A DNA stretch of 64,000 bases from Thermoplasmata archaeon UBA61. Lineage in GTDB: Archaea > Thermoplasmatota > Thermoplasmata > Lutacidiplasmatales > UBA184. The translations under genes were made by a program, and so were the position numbers. The stretch covers positions 221,394-285,393 of the forward strand of contig DASW01000003.1 in assembly GCA_002503985.1 (NCBI GenBank). The letters run 5' to 3'. Position 1 is the first letter of the stretch; every line of letters begins with the position of its first letter. Of this stretch, positions 18,325 to 27,228 are shown piece by piece. Below the pieces are notes generated by a model. It did not search any database, was not told where the DNA came from, and was given only the letters and a program-made list of their open reading frames with translations.

Positions 18325-18783
18325 ATGAAGGGCTACACCTACCGGGCCGAGTCGGGCGTCAACGTCGCCCGGGCCCGCGGCGTGGAGGTACCCATCTCTC
18401 CGAAGAAGACGTACGAGATCCTGAACGCGATCCGGGGTCTCCCGGTCGACCGGGCGACGACGATCCTCGAGGAGGCGATCGCCCTCCGCCACGCCATCCC
18501 GTTCCGTCGCTACAACCAGGAGACGGCGCACCACGTCGGCACCGGCCCGGGACGCTACGCGAAGAAGGTCGCGCAGAACATCCTCAAGGTCCTCGAGAAC
18601 GCCGCCGAGAACGCGGAGTACGAGGGGATGGACGCCGACCGCCTCTTCATCAAGACCGCCGCGAGCAGCCGGGGCCGCATCCGCAAGGCGAGCATGCCGC
18701 GCGCCCACGGACGGGCGACGGCGTGGAACGAGCAGACGACCCACATCGAGATCGTGCTCGCCGAGCGCAAGGAGGCCGCATGA
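18325..18783 (+). CDS. rpl22: 50S ribosomal protein L22 (uL22)
   Basis: 152 aa. Confidence 0.93.
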   Translation: MKGYTYRAESGVNVARARGVEVPISPKKTYEILNAIRGLPVDRATTILEEAIALRHAIPFRRYNQETAHHVGTGPGRYAKKVAQNILKVLENAAENAEYEGMDADRLFIKTAASSRGRIRKASMPRAHGRATAWNEQTTHIEIVLAERKEAA

Positions 18784-19472
18784 CCGCCGAGCGCAAGGTG
18801 ATCCAGGAGCAGATGCGCCGCGTCCTCCTCAAGGACTACCTCGTCCAAGAGAGCGCGCGGGCCGGCTTCGGGGGCCTCGACATCACCCGCACCCCGATGG
18901 GAACGCGCGTGACGCTGATCTGCGAGCGCCCGGGGATCCTCATCGGCCACCGCGGCGAGCTCATCAAGCGACTCACCGAGGACATCCACGCCCGGTTCCA
19001 GCTCGATAACCCTCAGATCGAGGTCCAGGAGGAGCGCGCGCCGAGCTTGAACGCCCAACTGATGAGCGAGAAGCTCGCCTCGACCCTGGAGCGCGGCTGG
19101 CACTTCCGTCGGGCCGGTCACTCGACCGTTCGGCGGATCATGGAGGCCGGCGCCCGCGGCTGCCAGGTGATCCTTTCGGGAAAGCTCACCGGCGAGCGTC
19201 ACCGCACCGAGCGGTTCAAGGCCGGGACGATCAAGTACTGCGGAGAAGCGGTCCATCTCTGGATCGACAAGGGGTTCTACCAGGCACGGCTCAAGCCCGG
19301 CGCCATCGGCGTCAACGTCTGGATCATGCGCCCGACGGCGAAGCTCCCCGACGAGATCGTCGTGAAGGGGGTCGCCGACCGCCCCAAGCCGATCCCCGTC
19401 GAGCTCCCGCCGGTCGAGGAGGTCCCCGCCGTGCCGCTGGGACCCGAGCTGGAGGCACCGGACGTACCATGA
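18780..19472 (+). CDS. rps3: 30S ribosomal protein S3 (uS3)
   Basis: Starts MTAERKVIQEQ with an ATGA overlap with L22, and contains a KH domain. Confidence 0.93.
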   Translation: MTAERKVIQEQMRRVLLKDYLVQESARAGFGGLDITRTPMGTRVTLICERPGILIGHRGELIKRLTEDIHARFQLDNPQIEVQEERAPSLNAQLMSEKLASTLERGWHFRRAGHSTVRRIMEAGARGCQVILSGKLTGERHRTERFKAGTIKYCGEAVHLWIDKGFYQARLKPGAIGVNVWIMRPTAKLPDEIVVKGVADRPKPIPVELPPVEEVPAVPLGPELEAPDVP

Positions 19473-19693
19473 CGCTTCAGCGGATGAAGGACCTGAGAAG
19501 CCTCACGGACGAGGAGCTCCTGCGTCGGATCGCCGACGACGAGAACCTCCTCCTTCGGGAGCGCGGAGTGGCCGCCATGGGTGGCGCGCCGCCGAGCCCG
19601 GGCCGCATGCGGGCCCTGAGGACCAACGTCGCCCGTGCCCTGACCGTTCTGAGCGAGCGCGCCAACGCCCCCCGGGAGGCCCGCCGTCCGTAG
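19469..19693 (+). CDS. rpl29: 50S ribosomal protein L29 (uL29)
   Basis: 74 aa. Confidence 0.88.
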   Translation: MTLQRMKDLRSLTDEELLRRIADDENLLLRERGVAAMGGAPPSPGRMRALRTNVARALTVLSERANAPREARRP

Positions 19694-19712
19694 GAGGCGA
19701 GTAGGTGAGTCG

Positions 19713-20039
19713 ATGCCGAAGGAACCCCACTCCCACACCGCCCTCTCCCGCGTCGAGCGAGAGGCCCTCGCCGGAGAGATTCTGGGCGCATCGGTCTCGT
19801 TCCCGGCGTCGCCCGCGCTTCGCGAGCCCGTCACCGGGACCCTCATCGACGAGTCCCTCTCCACCTTCACCGTCCGCCTCACCGGCACCTCGCGTGCGGT
19901 GCGCGTCCCGAAGGTCGGCGTCGAGGGCACGATCGCTCTCGCGTCGGGAGAGTTATCGTTAATAGGGGACACCCTACGCGTGCGGCCCGAGGACCGCACG
20001 AAACGCCTACTCTCAGGCGGTTCTCGGAGGCTCTCATGA
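19713..20039 (+). CDS. rnp1: ribonuclease P protein component 1 (Rpp29/Pop4)
   Basis: 108 aa Sm-like protein (ILGASVSF...TGTLIDESLSTFTV...RVPKVGV...LIGDTLRVRPEDRTKR) at the canonical L29-S17 position. Confidence 0.7.
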   Translation: MPKEPHSHTALSRVEREALAGEILGASVSFPASPALREPVTGTLIDESLSTFTVRLTGTSRAVRVPKVGVEGTIALASGELSLIGDTLRVRPEDRTKRLLSGGSRRLS

Positions 20040-20464
20040 CCCCAACCCGTGCTCCGTCCGCTCGCCGGGCCCGGGACATCGGCCTCGACGTGCGCGCGCC
20101 GAAGGCGCGCTGCGACGATCGGCACTGCCCGTTCCACGGGCGCCTCCCGGTCCGGGGCCAGGTCCTCGAAGGGACGGTCGTCTCGACGGGGATGCAGCGC
20201 ACCGCGGTCGTAGAACGCACGCTCCTCCACTACGTGGCGAAGTTCGAACGCTACGAGAAGCGCCGCCGTCGCTATCTGGCGCACGCGCCCCCGTGCCTCA
20301 ACGTCCCGGTCGGCCACCGCGTGCGGATCGCCGAGACGCGTCCGCTCTCCAAGCTCGTCTCCTTCTGCATCGTTGAGGACCTCGGCGAGGCGGCCCACCG
20401 CGTGCGCGGCGAGGAGCCGGTCGAGACCCCGACCGAGCCCGAGGCCGCGGAGGAGAAGCCATGA
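20036..20464 (+). CDS. rps17: 30S ribosomal protein S17 (uS17)
   Basis: Has the archaeal [10 protein letters not shown] motif and an acidic C-terminal tail. Confidence 0.88.
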   Translation: MTPTRAPSARRARDIGLDVRAPKARCDDRHCPFHGRLPVRGQVLEGTVVSTGMQRTAVVERTLLHYVAKFERYEKRRRRYLAHAPPCLNVPVGHRVRIAETRPLSKLVSFCIVEDLGEAAHRVRGEEPVETPTEPEAAEEKP

Positions 20465-20859
20465 AGGGCCTCGCGGGCCGCCGGGGCCGGTCGCTCCCAA
20501 AGGGGGCGCGGCTCGAATGCGTCGACAACACTGGCGCGAAGGTCGTCGAGATCATCGCCGTGCGCAACTGGCACGGCACGCACCGCCGCTATCCCCGGGC
20601 CGGGATCGCCGACCTCATCATCGTCTCCGTCAAGAAAGGAACTCCCGAGATGCGGCGCCAGGTCCTGCACGCCGTCATTATCCGCGCCCGCGCGCCGTTC
20701 CGACGGGCGGACGGGACACGGGTCCAGTTCGAGGACAACGCCGCCGTCATCACGACCGAGACCGGGGAGATCAAGGGCTCCCAGATCAAGGGGCCCGTTG
20801 CGAAGGAGGCCGCCGAACGTTGGCCGCGGATCGCGGCGGCGTCGTCGATCATCCTGTAG
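20461..20859 (+). CDS. rpl14: 50S ribosomal protein L14 (uL14)
   Basis: 132 aa. Confidence 0.93.
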   Translation: MKGLAGRRGRSLPKGARLECVDNTGAKVVEIIAVRNWHGTHRRYPRAGIADLIIVSVKKGTPEMRRQVLHAVIIRARAPFRRADGTRVQFEDNAAVITTETGEIKGSQIKGPVAKEAAERWPRIAAASSIIL

Positions 20860-20873
20860 GAGGACACCCACCG

Positions 20874-21467
20874 ATGAAGCTCTCTCCCCACTCTCCGCGG
20901 CGCCAGAGAAAGGCGCTCTACACCGCCGATACGTTCGAGCGACGGATCCGGATGACCGTCCCACTCTCTCGGGAGCTCCGCTCCCGCTTCCACCGCCGTT
21001 CGGTGCCGGTCCGCAAGGGCGACACCGTCCGCGTCCTCTCGGGCAGCTACGCCGGCCGGGAGGAACGCGTCGCGCGGATCGACCGCCGGGGCTACTCGGT
21101 CACGCTCGACAACGTCACGCTGAAGACCGCGGACGAGAAGATGAAGCCGCTCTCGCTCGGCGTCGGCCATCTCGTCATCACGCGGCTCAACCTTTCCGAC
21201 CCCTGGCGCCGCCGCTCGATGCGCGTGCGGGAAGAGGATGTCACGCCCGAGGAGCGCGGCGAGAAGGTGGACGAAGAGGAGGCGCCCGAGGTCGAGGCGG
21301 CTCCCGCCGTGGCGCCCCCGGCCGCCGAGAGCGTTCCGGAGCCCGAGAAGACACCCACGCCGGATGATGTTCCCGCCCCGGAGGACGTCAAGGAGCCCGA
21401 GGAAGCTCCCGCCAAGCCCCCGCGACGCGCCCGCGCGAAGCCGCCCACGAAGGAGGGTGATGAATGA
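20874..21467 (+). CDS. rpl24: 50S ribosomal protein L24 (uL24) with a Pro/Glu/Ala/Lys-rich C-terminal extension of about 75 aa
   Basis: Starts MKLSPHSPRRQRKALYTAD. A KOW domain (VRKGDTVRVLSGSYAGREERV) is followed by a low-complexity acidic tail. Confidence 0.85.
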   Translation: MKLSPHSPRRQRKALYTADTFERRIRMTVPLSRELRSRFHRRSVPVRKGDTVRVLSGSYAGREERVARIDRRGYSVTLDNVTLKTADEKMKPLSLGVGHLVITRLNLSDPWRRRSMRVREEDVTPEERGEKVDEEEAPEVEAAPAVAPPAAESVPEPEKTPTPDDVPAPEDVKEPEEAPAKPPRRARAKPPTKEGDE

Positions 21468-22180
21468 CATTCCGTCTGAAGCGCCGGGCCGCTCCCCGGA
21501 GCTGGACCGTCCCCCGCAAGGGGACGAAGTGGCTGAAGCGCCCGGCCCCCGGGCCGCACGCCCAGGACCAATCGATCCCGCTCCTCCTCGTTCTGAGAGA
21601 CCTGCGACACGTGGTCACGAGCACCCGCGAGGCGCGGATGCTCTTGCGCTCGGGCGCGGTCAAGGTCGATGGGAAGGTCGCGCACGACCTCTCCCGCGGC
21701 CTCGGCCTGATGGACACCCTCTCGTTCGCCGCTCCGCTTGACGCCCACTTTAGGGTCGTCAAGGACCGGCGCGGGAAGCTCATCCTCGTCCCGATCCCTT
21801 CCACCGAGGCGACCGTCAAGATCGGACGGGTCCGCTTCAAGCATGCCGTGACCGGGGGCCGGGTCGAGGTGACGCTACACGACGGGAGGAATCTCCTCGT
21901 GCCGGCGACGACCCCGTACCGGGTCGGCGACTCGGTCAAGATCGCGCTCCCCGAGCAGAAGGTCGTGGAGCACCTTCCCCTCGCCCCGGGGTCCCTCGCC
22001 TACGTGGCGGGCGGCTCCCATGTCGGGGAGCTCGCGCGGGTCGAACGGGTTGAGGTCCGGAACTCCTCCCAACCGAACCTGGTCCACTTCAAAGAAGGGT
22101 TCTCGACCGTCAAGGAGTACGTGTACGTTGTCGGCCAGAACACCCCCGAGATTACGCTCGCGGAGGGAGTGGACCGATGA
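21464..22180 (+). CDS. rps4e: 30S ribosomal protein S4e (eS4)
   Basis: 238 aa. Confidence 0.9.
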   Translation: MTFRLKRRAAPRSWTVPRKGTKWLKRPAPGPHAQDQSIPLLLVLRDLRHVVTSTREARMLLRSGAVKVDGKVAHDLSRGLGLMDTLSFAAPLDAHFRVVKDRRGKLILVPIPSTEATVKIGRVRFKHAVTGGRVEVTLHDGRNLLVPATTPYRVGDSVKIALPEQKVVEHLPLAPGSLAYVAGGSHVGELARVERVEVRNSSQPNLVHFKEGFSTVKEYVYVVGQNTPEITLAEGVDR

Positions 22181-22740
22181 GCGCCCCTCCGTTCGCCGCC
22201 GCCGCGCCGCCCCCGGCGAGCCCGCCGGGAGCGAACCCGTACCGCGCCGTTCGCGTCATCAAGGTCGTGGTGAACGCCGGGGTCGGCGAGTCCGGCGAGC
22301 CCCGTACGAAGGCCGAGAAGGTCCTGAAGATGGTCACGCACCAGAAGCCGGTCGCCACCCGGTCCCACTCCACGAACCGCGACTTCGGCATCCGCCAGGG
22401 TCAGGAGATCGGGGCAAAGGTCACCCTTCGGGGGGACGCGGCGATGGACTTCCTGCGACGTGCGTTCGAGGCCCGCGACAAGCAGTTCGACGTCGACTCG
22501 ATCGACCGGAACGGGAACTTCTCCTTCGGGATCGCGGACTACACAGACTTCTCCGGGCAGAAGTACGACCCGGCGATCGGCATCCACGGGATGGACATCG
22601 CGGTCGAGATGGGCCGCGCCGGCCACCGGATCCGCAACCGTCGACTTCAAACGCGGCCGCTCCCGAAGGCCCTCCGCTCGACGAAGGAGGAGACCCGCCA
22701 CTTCCTCGTTTCCACGCTGGGGGTGACGCTCCTTGAGTGA
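22177..22740 (+). CDS. rpl5: 50S ribosomal protein L5 (uL5)
   Basis: 187 aa. Confidence 0.93.
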   Translation: MSAPPFAAAAPPPASPPGANPYRAVRVIKVVVNAGVGESGEPRTKAEKVLKMVTHQKPVATRSHSTNRDFGIRQGQEIGAKVTLRGDAAMDFLRRAFEARDKQFDVDSIDRNGNFSFGIADYTDFSGQKYDPAIGIHGMDIAVEMGRAGHRIRNRRLQTRPLPKALRSTKEETRHFLVSTLGVTLLE

Positions 22741-22882
22741 GCCTAAGAAGAACTTCGGGCGCAAGGACGGCTGCCTGCGCTGCGACCGCAAGCGCGGGAT
22801 CGTCCGCCGCTACGGCCTCCACCTCTGCCGCCAGTGCTTCCGCGAGGTCGCGATGGACCTGGGATTCCGCAAGTACCAGTAA
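22733..22882 (+). CDS. rps14: 30S ribosomal protein S14 type Z (zinc-binding), TTG start
   Basis: Not in the ORF track because it is under 60 aa. The frame+2 translation is (M)[48 protein letters not shown], with four Cys. An in-frame TGA at 22724 leaves TTG 22733 as the only available start, and the gene overlaps the L5 end. Confidence 0.8.
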   Translation: MSEPKKNFGRKDGCLRCDRKRGIVRRYGLHLCRQCFREVAMDLGFRKYQ

Positions 22883-22895
22883 GGAGGGACGAACG

Positions 22896-23285
22896 ATGCA
22901 GATGGACCTACTCAACGACGCGCTCGTCACCCTCCGTCACGCCGACCGGGAAGGCAAGCCCCGCGTCGAGCTCGCCCCCACCTCGAAGCTGATCGCCGAG
23001 GTGCTCCGCATCTTTCGGGAACACCACTACATCGAGGAGTTCACGTTCGTGCCGACCGGCCGCGGCGGCAAGTACGACGTCGCGCTCTCCCGTCGGATCA
23101 ACTACTGCGGCGTCATCAAGCCGCGGATCTCCGTCGCGTTTGACGGCCTCGAGCGGTTCGAGGCCCGCTTCCTTCCCGCCCAGGACTTCGGGATCCTCGT
23201 CCTGTCGACGAACCGGGGCGTCCTCTCCCACCAGCAGGCCCGGGAGCTCAAGATCGGAGGTCGGCTGCTCGCCTATGTCTTCTGA
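22896..23285 (+). CDS. rps8: 30S ribosomal protein S8 (uS8)
   Basis: Starts MQMDLLNDALVTL, preceded by GGAGGG. Confidence 0.93.
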   Translation: MQMDLLNDALVTLRHADREGKPRVELAPTSKLIAEVLRIFREHHYIEEFTFVPTGRGGKYDVALSRRINYCGVIKPRISVAFDGLERFEARFLPAQDFGILVLSTNRGVLSHQQARELKIGGRLLAYVF

Positions 23286-23838
23286 ACCGGACCGCGGCCA
23301 GGAAACGATTGACGTCCCGAAGGGCGTCACGTTCACCCTGACCGGGCGCCGCTTGCACGCGAAGGGGCCGCTCGGCGCGGTTGACCGGCCGTTCCCGTCG
23401 GACGCGCTCGAGCTCAAGACGGCCTCCGGACAGGTCACGATCACGCTCCGCCTGCCGTCGCACCGGAAGCGCTCCCAAGCCCTTCTGAAGACCTGGGCGG
23501 CGCACCTCAAGAACCTCGCGGGCTCGCTCACCCTCGGCGTCGAGGCGCGACTCAAGGTCGTCGCGGCGCACTTCCCGATGAAGGTCCAGGTGAAGGAGAA
23601 CCACATCCTGATCGAGAACTTCCTCGGCGAGAAGCACCCCCGGTCCTCCGACCTCCTTCCCGGGACGAGCGCCCGGGTCGACGGAGACTACCTCATCCTC
23701 ACCGGCTACGACGTCGAGCAGGTCGGCCAGAGCGCGGCGAACATCGAGCGCGCGAGCCGGATCCGCGAGTACGACCCCCGGGTCTTCCAGGACGGCATCT
23801 ACCTCGTCGACCGCGCCCACTTGAAAGGGGCGAGCTGA
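23275..23838 (+). CDS. rpl6: 50S ribosomal protein L6 (uL6)
   Basis: Starts MSSEPDRGQETIDVPKGV and overlaps the S8 end. Confidence 0.9.
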   Translation: MSSEPDRGQETIDVPKGVTFTLTGRRLHAKGPLGAVDRPFPSDALELKTASGQVTITLRLPSHRKRSQALLKTWAAHLKNLAGSLTLGVEARLKVVAAHFPMKVQVKENHILIENFLGEKHPRSSDLLPGTSARVDGDYLILTGYDVEQVGQSAANIERASRIREYDPRVFQDGIYLVDRAHLKGAS

Positions 23839-24419
23839 TGGCCGACGAGAATACTCCCTCCGAGCCGAAGAGCGAGACGGCCCCCGAGGCGCCCCGCAAG
23901 GCGACGGCCCGGCGCCGCCCGAAGGTGGCCCCGAAGGAAGAGGCCGCTCCGGCCGAGACCGCCGAGCCCAAGGCGAAGGACGAAGGCCCTCGCGCGCCCC
24001 GACGCGCCGACCTCTCACCGGGCCAGCGCACGCTCCTGCGGACCCGAGGGGACATCGACCGCCGACGCCCACTCTTCGGGCGCCAGGCCCGCTATCGATA
24101 CTATCGCATCGGACGGGACATGTCGTGGCGCGCGCCCCGCGGTCTCCAGTCCAAGCAGCGGCGTCACTACGGCTACCGCCCGAAGGTGGTCCGCGTCGGA
24201 TACCGCTCCCCGGCCCGGGTCCGCGGACTGGTCCCGAGCGGGTTCCGCCCGATCATCGTTCACACCGCCTCCGACCTCGAGAAGATGAACGCGCGTCTCG
24301 AGGCCGCGATCATCGCCCGGACGGTCGGCACCCGCCGACGCCTCGTCCTCGAGGAGACGGCACGGAAGCTCGGCATCCACGTGCTCAACCCCATTGTGAA
24401 GTCGGAGCGGGAGGCGTAG
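23838..24419 (+). CDS. rpl32e: 50S ribosomal protein L32e (eL32) with N-terminal low-complexity extension
   Basis: WRAPRGLQSKQRRHYGYRP core, preceded by about 60 aa of a PEAK-rich segment. Confidence 0.85.
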   Translation: MADENTPSEPKSETAPEAPRKATARRRPKVAPKEEAAPAETAEPKAKDEGPRAPRRADLSPGQRTLLRTRGDIDRRRPLFGRQARYRYYRIGRDMSWRAPRGLQSKQRRHYGYRPKVVRVGYRSPARVRGLVPSGFRPIIVHTASDLEKMNARLEAAIIARTVGTRRRLVLEETARKLGIHVLNPIVKSEREA

Positions 24420-24422
24420 ACG

Positions 24423-24884
24423 ATGCCCGACCTTTCGAACCAGCGTCGTCTCGCCGCCGCCCTTCTGAAGTGCGGCGAGGGGCGCGTCTGGATCGACCCC
24501 GCGAGCCAGGAGGAGCTCGCCGACGCGGTCACGCGCTCGGACGTCCGCAGCGCGATCAAGGCCGGCGTCATCCGTCGGGCCCCCATTCAAGGGACCTCTC
24601 GGGCCCGGGCCCGGCTCCACGCGATCGAGGTCGGAAAAGGTCGGCACTCCGGACCCGGTTCCCGCCGAGGAACCCCGTCCGCCCGCGTGCCGCGCAAGGA
24701 ACGCTGGATGCGTCGCATCCGCGCCCAGCGCAAGCTCCTGCAGGAGCTCCGTTCCACCAAGAAGATCCCTCCCTCCGTCTATCGGGAGTTCTACCGTCGC
24801 GCGAAGGGCGGGATGTTCCGTAGCCGCGCGCACCTTATCGTCAACCTGCGTCTCGCGGGCCACCTTCGGGAGGGTACCCCATGA
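24423..24884 (+). CDS. rpl19e: 50S ribosomal protein L19e (eL19)
   Basis: 153 aa. Confidence 0.9.
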   Translation: MPDLSNQRRLAAALLKCGEGRVWIDPASQEELADAVTRSDVRSAIKAGVIRRAPIQGTSRARARLHAIEVGKGRHSGPGSRRGTPSARVPRKERWMRRIRAQRKLLQELRSTKKIPPSVYREFYRRAKGGMFRSRAHLIVNLRLAGHLREGTP

Positions 24885-25408
24885 GCACCGGTCCTCGCTA
24901 TCGTGTCCACTTCCGCCGACGGCGGGAGGGGAAGACCGACTACCGCGTCCGGCTCCGTCTCCTCAAGAGCGGAACCGCTCGCGCGGTCGTCCGCTTCTCC
25001 GGTCGTCGGGTCCGTGTCTCGATCGTCCAGTACGACCCCGTCGGCGACCGGGTCGTCGCGGTGGCGGAGAGCGCGGAGCTCGCCCGGGTCGGCTTCCCCG
25101 CGTCCAGTTTCTCGTCCACCCCGGCGGCCTACCTGACGGCGTACCTCGCCGGCCTTCGTTCGAAGTCCGCGGGCGCCGAATCGGCCGTGCTCGATACGGG
25201 CATCCGCCACCCGACCGAGGGCGGTCGGCTTTCGGCCGCGCTCAAGGGGCTGCTCGACTCGGGCGTCCACGTCCCCCACGGAGAGGGGGGCTTCCCGAGC
25301 GCCGAGCGTCTGAACGGCGCGCACCTCCCGAAGCCCTTGCCTCAGCCCCTCGAAGCGTACAAGATGAAGCTCCCCGATATCGTCCCGCGGGCGGAGGCCA
25401 AGCCGTGA
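24881..25408 (+). CDS. rpl18: 50S ribosomal protein L18 (uL18)
   Basis: FRRRREGKTDYRVR motif. Confidence 0.9.
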   Translation: MSTGPRYRVHFRRRREGKTDYRVRLRLLKSGTARAVVRFSGRRVRVSIVQYDPVGDRVVAVAESAELARVGFPASSFSSTPAAYLTAYLAGLRSKSAGAESAVLDTGIRHPTEGGRLSAALKGLLDSGVHVPHGEGGFPSAERLNGAHLPKPLPQPLEAYKMKLPDIVPRAEAKP

Positions 25409-26265
25409 GCGGCTCCTTCTCGGGTCCGTCGCGCGGAGGCTTTGGGGGCGCCCCCGCGGCGCCACCTCCCTGGGTGCCGAAGACCGAGCTCGGCCGGCGG
25501 GTCGCCGCTGACGAGATCACCACCATGGCCGCCGCCATCGAGAGCGGCCTTCCGCTGCGGGAGCCCCAGATCGTCGACAAGCTCCTCCCCGGTCTCCACG
25601 ACGAGGTGCTGGACGTGAACATGGTCCAGCGCATGACCGACTCGGGCCGCCGGTTCAAGTTCGCTGTCACGGTCGTCGTCGGCAACGGCGACGGGTTCGT
25701 CGGCCTCGGACGGGCGAAGGGCCGCGAGGTCGGCCCGACGATCCGCCGCGCGATCGACCGCGCGAAGCTCGAGGTCGTCGAGGTCTACCGGGGCTGCGGC
25801 AGCTGGGAATGCGGCTGCGGCCGGGCACACACGCTTCCGTTCCAGGTCAAGGGACGCGTCGGCTCGGTGGTCGTGACGTTCAAGCCCGCCCCGCGAGGGG
25901 TCGGCCTCGCGGTCGGCGATGTGGCGAAGCCGATCCTCCGGTTCGCCGGCATCACGGACGCCTGGGGCTTCACGGACGGACACACGAAGACGACCGTGAA
26001 CTACGCCCAATCCGCCTTCCAGGCGCTGGTCGCCCTCTCCGAGCTCAAGGTCCCCGCCGAGGATTCCTCTCGTCTCAAGATCGTCCGCGGGCCTGTCGGG
26101 ACCTCCATCCTGCCGCCCAAGGACGAGAACGCTCCACGCCCGATCCGCGGAGGCCGAGGCGGCCGCGGTCGGCGCCCGCCGATGCGCGGCGGGGGACCGG
26201 GACGCGGCGGACCCGGAGCGCCCCGGGGCGGTCCGCCCCGCCCGGCGCCGCCGAGGGGGAACTGA
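25405..26265 (+). CDS. rps5: 30S ribosomal protein S5 (uS5) with C-terminal Gly/Arg-rich (RGG-like) extension
   Basis: S5 core (dsRBD plus the C-terminal domain) followed by RGGRGGRGRRPPMRGGGPGRGGPGAPRGGPPRP. Confidence 0.9.
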   Translation: MSGSFSGPSRGGFGGAPAAPPPWVPKTELGRRVAADEITTMAAAIESGLPLREPQIVDKLLPGLHDEVLDVNMVQRMTDSGRRFKFAVTVVVGNGDGFVGLGRAKGREVGPTIRRAIDRAKLEVVEVYRGCGSWECGCGRAHTLPFQVKGRVGSVVVTFKPAPRGVGLAVGDVAKPILRFAGITDAWGFTDGHTKTTVNYAQSAFQALVALSELKVPAEDSSRLKIVRGPVGTSILPPKDENAPRPIRGGRGGRGRRPPMRGGGPGRGGPGAPRGGPPRPAPPRGN

Positions 26266-26267
26266 GC

Positions 26268-26726
26268 ATGGCCTGGATGATCGTCCGGGTCCGCGGCTCC
26301 ATCCACGCTCGGCACGACGTGGTGGAGACCCTGAGCTACCTCCACCTCACGCGGCCGAACCACGCCACGGTCGTTCCCGAGCTGCCCTCCGTCCGTGGGA
26401 TGCTGACGGTCGTCCAGGGCTACGTCACCTGGGGCGAGGCCGAACCCGAGACCGTGTCGCTGCTCCTCCAAGAACGCGGCGAGACCGCGGCCGGAGCGCG
26501 GTTGACGGCCGAGACCGTCACCGAGATCGCCCCGGGGAAGGACCTTCCCGCGATCACGCGCACCGTCGCCGAAAAGGGTCTCACCCAGGTTCAGGGCTTG
26601 AAGCCGCTCTTCCGCCTCCGGGCTCCGAAGGGAGGCTGGCGGTCAACCAAGAAACCGTTCACTCTCGGCGGCGCGCTCGGGTACCGGGGCCGCGCGATCA
26701 ACGAGCTCGTCCGCCGGATGATGTGA
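26268..26726 (+). CDS. rpl30: 50S ribosomal protein L30 (uL30)
   Basis: Starts MAWMIVRVRGS, 2 nt after the S5 stop. Confidence 0.85.
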   Translation: MAWMIVRVRGSIHARHDVVETLSYLHLTRPNHATVVPELPSVRGMLTVVQGYVTWGEAEPETVSLLLQERGETAAGARLTAETVTEIAPGKDLPAITRTVAEKGLTQVQGLKPLFRLRAPKGGWRSTKKPFTLGGALGYRGRAINELVRRMM

Positions 26727-26739
26727 GGGACGGTCGATC

Positions 26740-27192
26740 ATGCCGAGTCGCACACGGAAGTTCCGCGGTTTGAGGACCCACGGCCGGGGCATCAAGGCCG
26801 GCCGCGGCGCCGGAAAGCAGGGAGGGAGGGGCAACGCGGGACTTCACAAGTACAAGTTCAAGTCGATGCTCATCTACGCTCCCGACCATTTCGGCCGCCA
26901 CGGGTTCAAGCGGCCGTTCCAGATCGTCGAGCGCCCGACCAGCCTGAACGTCGGGGAGCTCGAGGCGTTCCTGCCCCACCTCGAGGCGGCCGAGGCGCTG
27001 TCCCGGGAAGGGAGCACGTTCGTCGCGGACCTCACGAAGGCGGGCGTTGACCGGCTGCTGGGCGGCGGGGTCACGACGCACCCGTGGAAGGTCGTCGTCC
27101 GACACGCGTCGAAGCACGCCCGCGAGAAGGTGACGGTCCTGGATGCCCGCCCGGGCGGCGCAGCGGAGGCGCCTCCGAAATCCGTCCCGTAG
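26740..27192 (+). CDS. rpl15: 50S ribosomal protein L15 (uL15)
   Basis: 150 aa. Confidence 0.9.
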   Translation: MPSRTRKFRGLRTHGRGIKAGRGAGKQGGRGNAGLHKYKFKSMLIYAPDHFGRHGFKRPFQIVERPTSLNVGELEAFLPHLEAAEALSREGSTFVADLTKAGVDRLLGGGVTTHPWKVVVRHASKHAREKVTVLDARPGGAAEAPPKSVP

Positions 27193-27194
27193 AC

Positions 27195-27201
27195 TATATA
27201 A
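27195..27201 (+). promoter_or_regulatory. TATA box (TATATAA), positioned for a (near-)leaderless secY transcript starting at ATG 27229
   Basis: 27 nt separate the box from the ATG. Confidence 0.4.
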
Positions 27202-27228
27202 CTCGCGTACCGGCTCCGAGACGACCTC

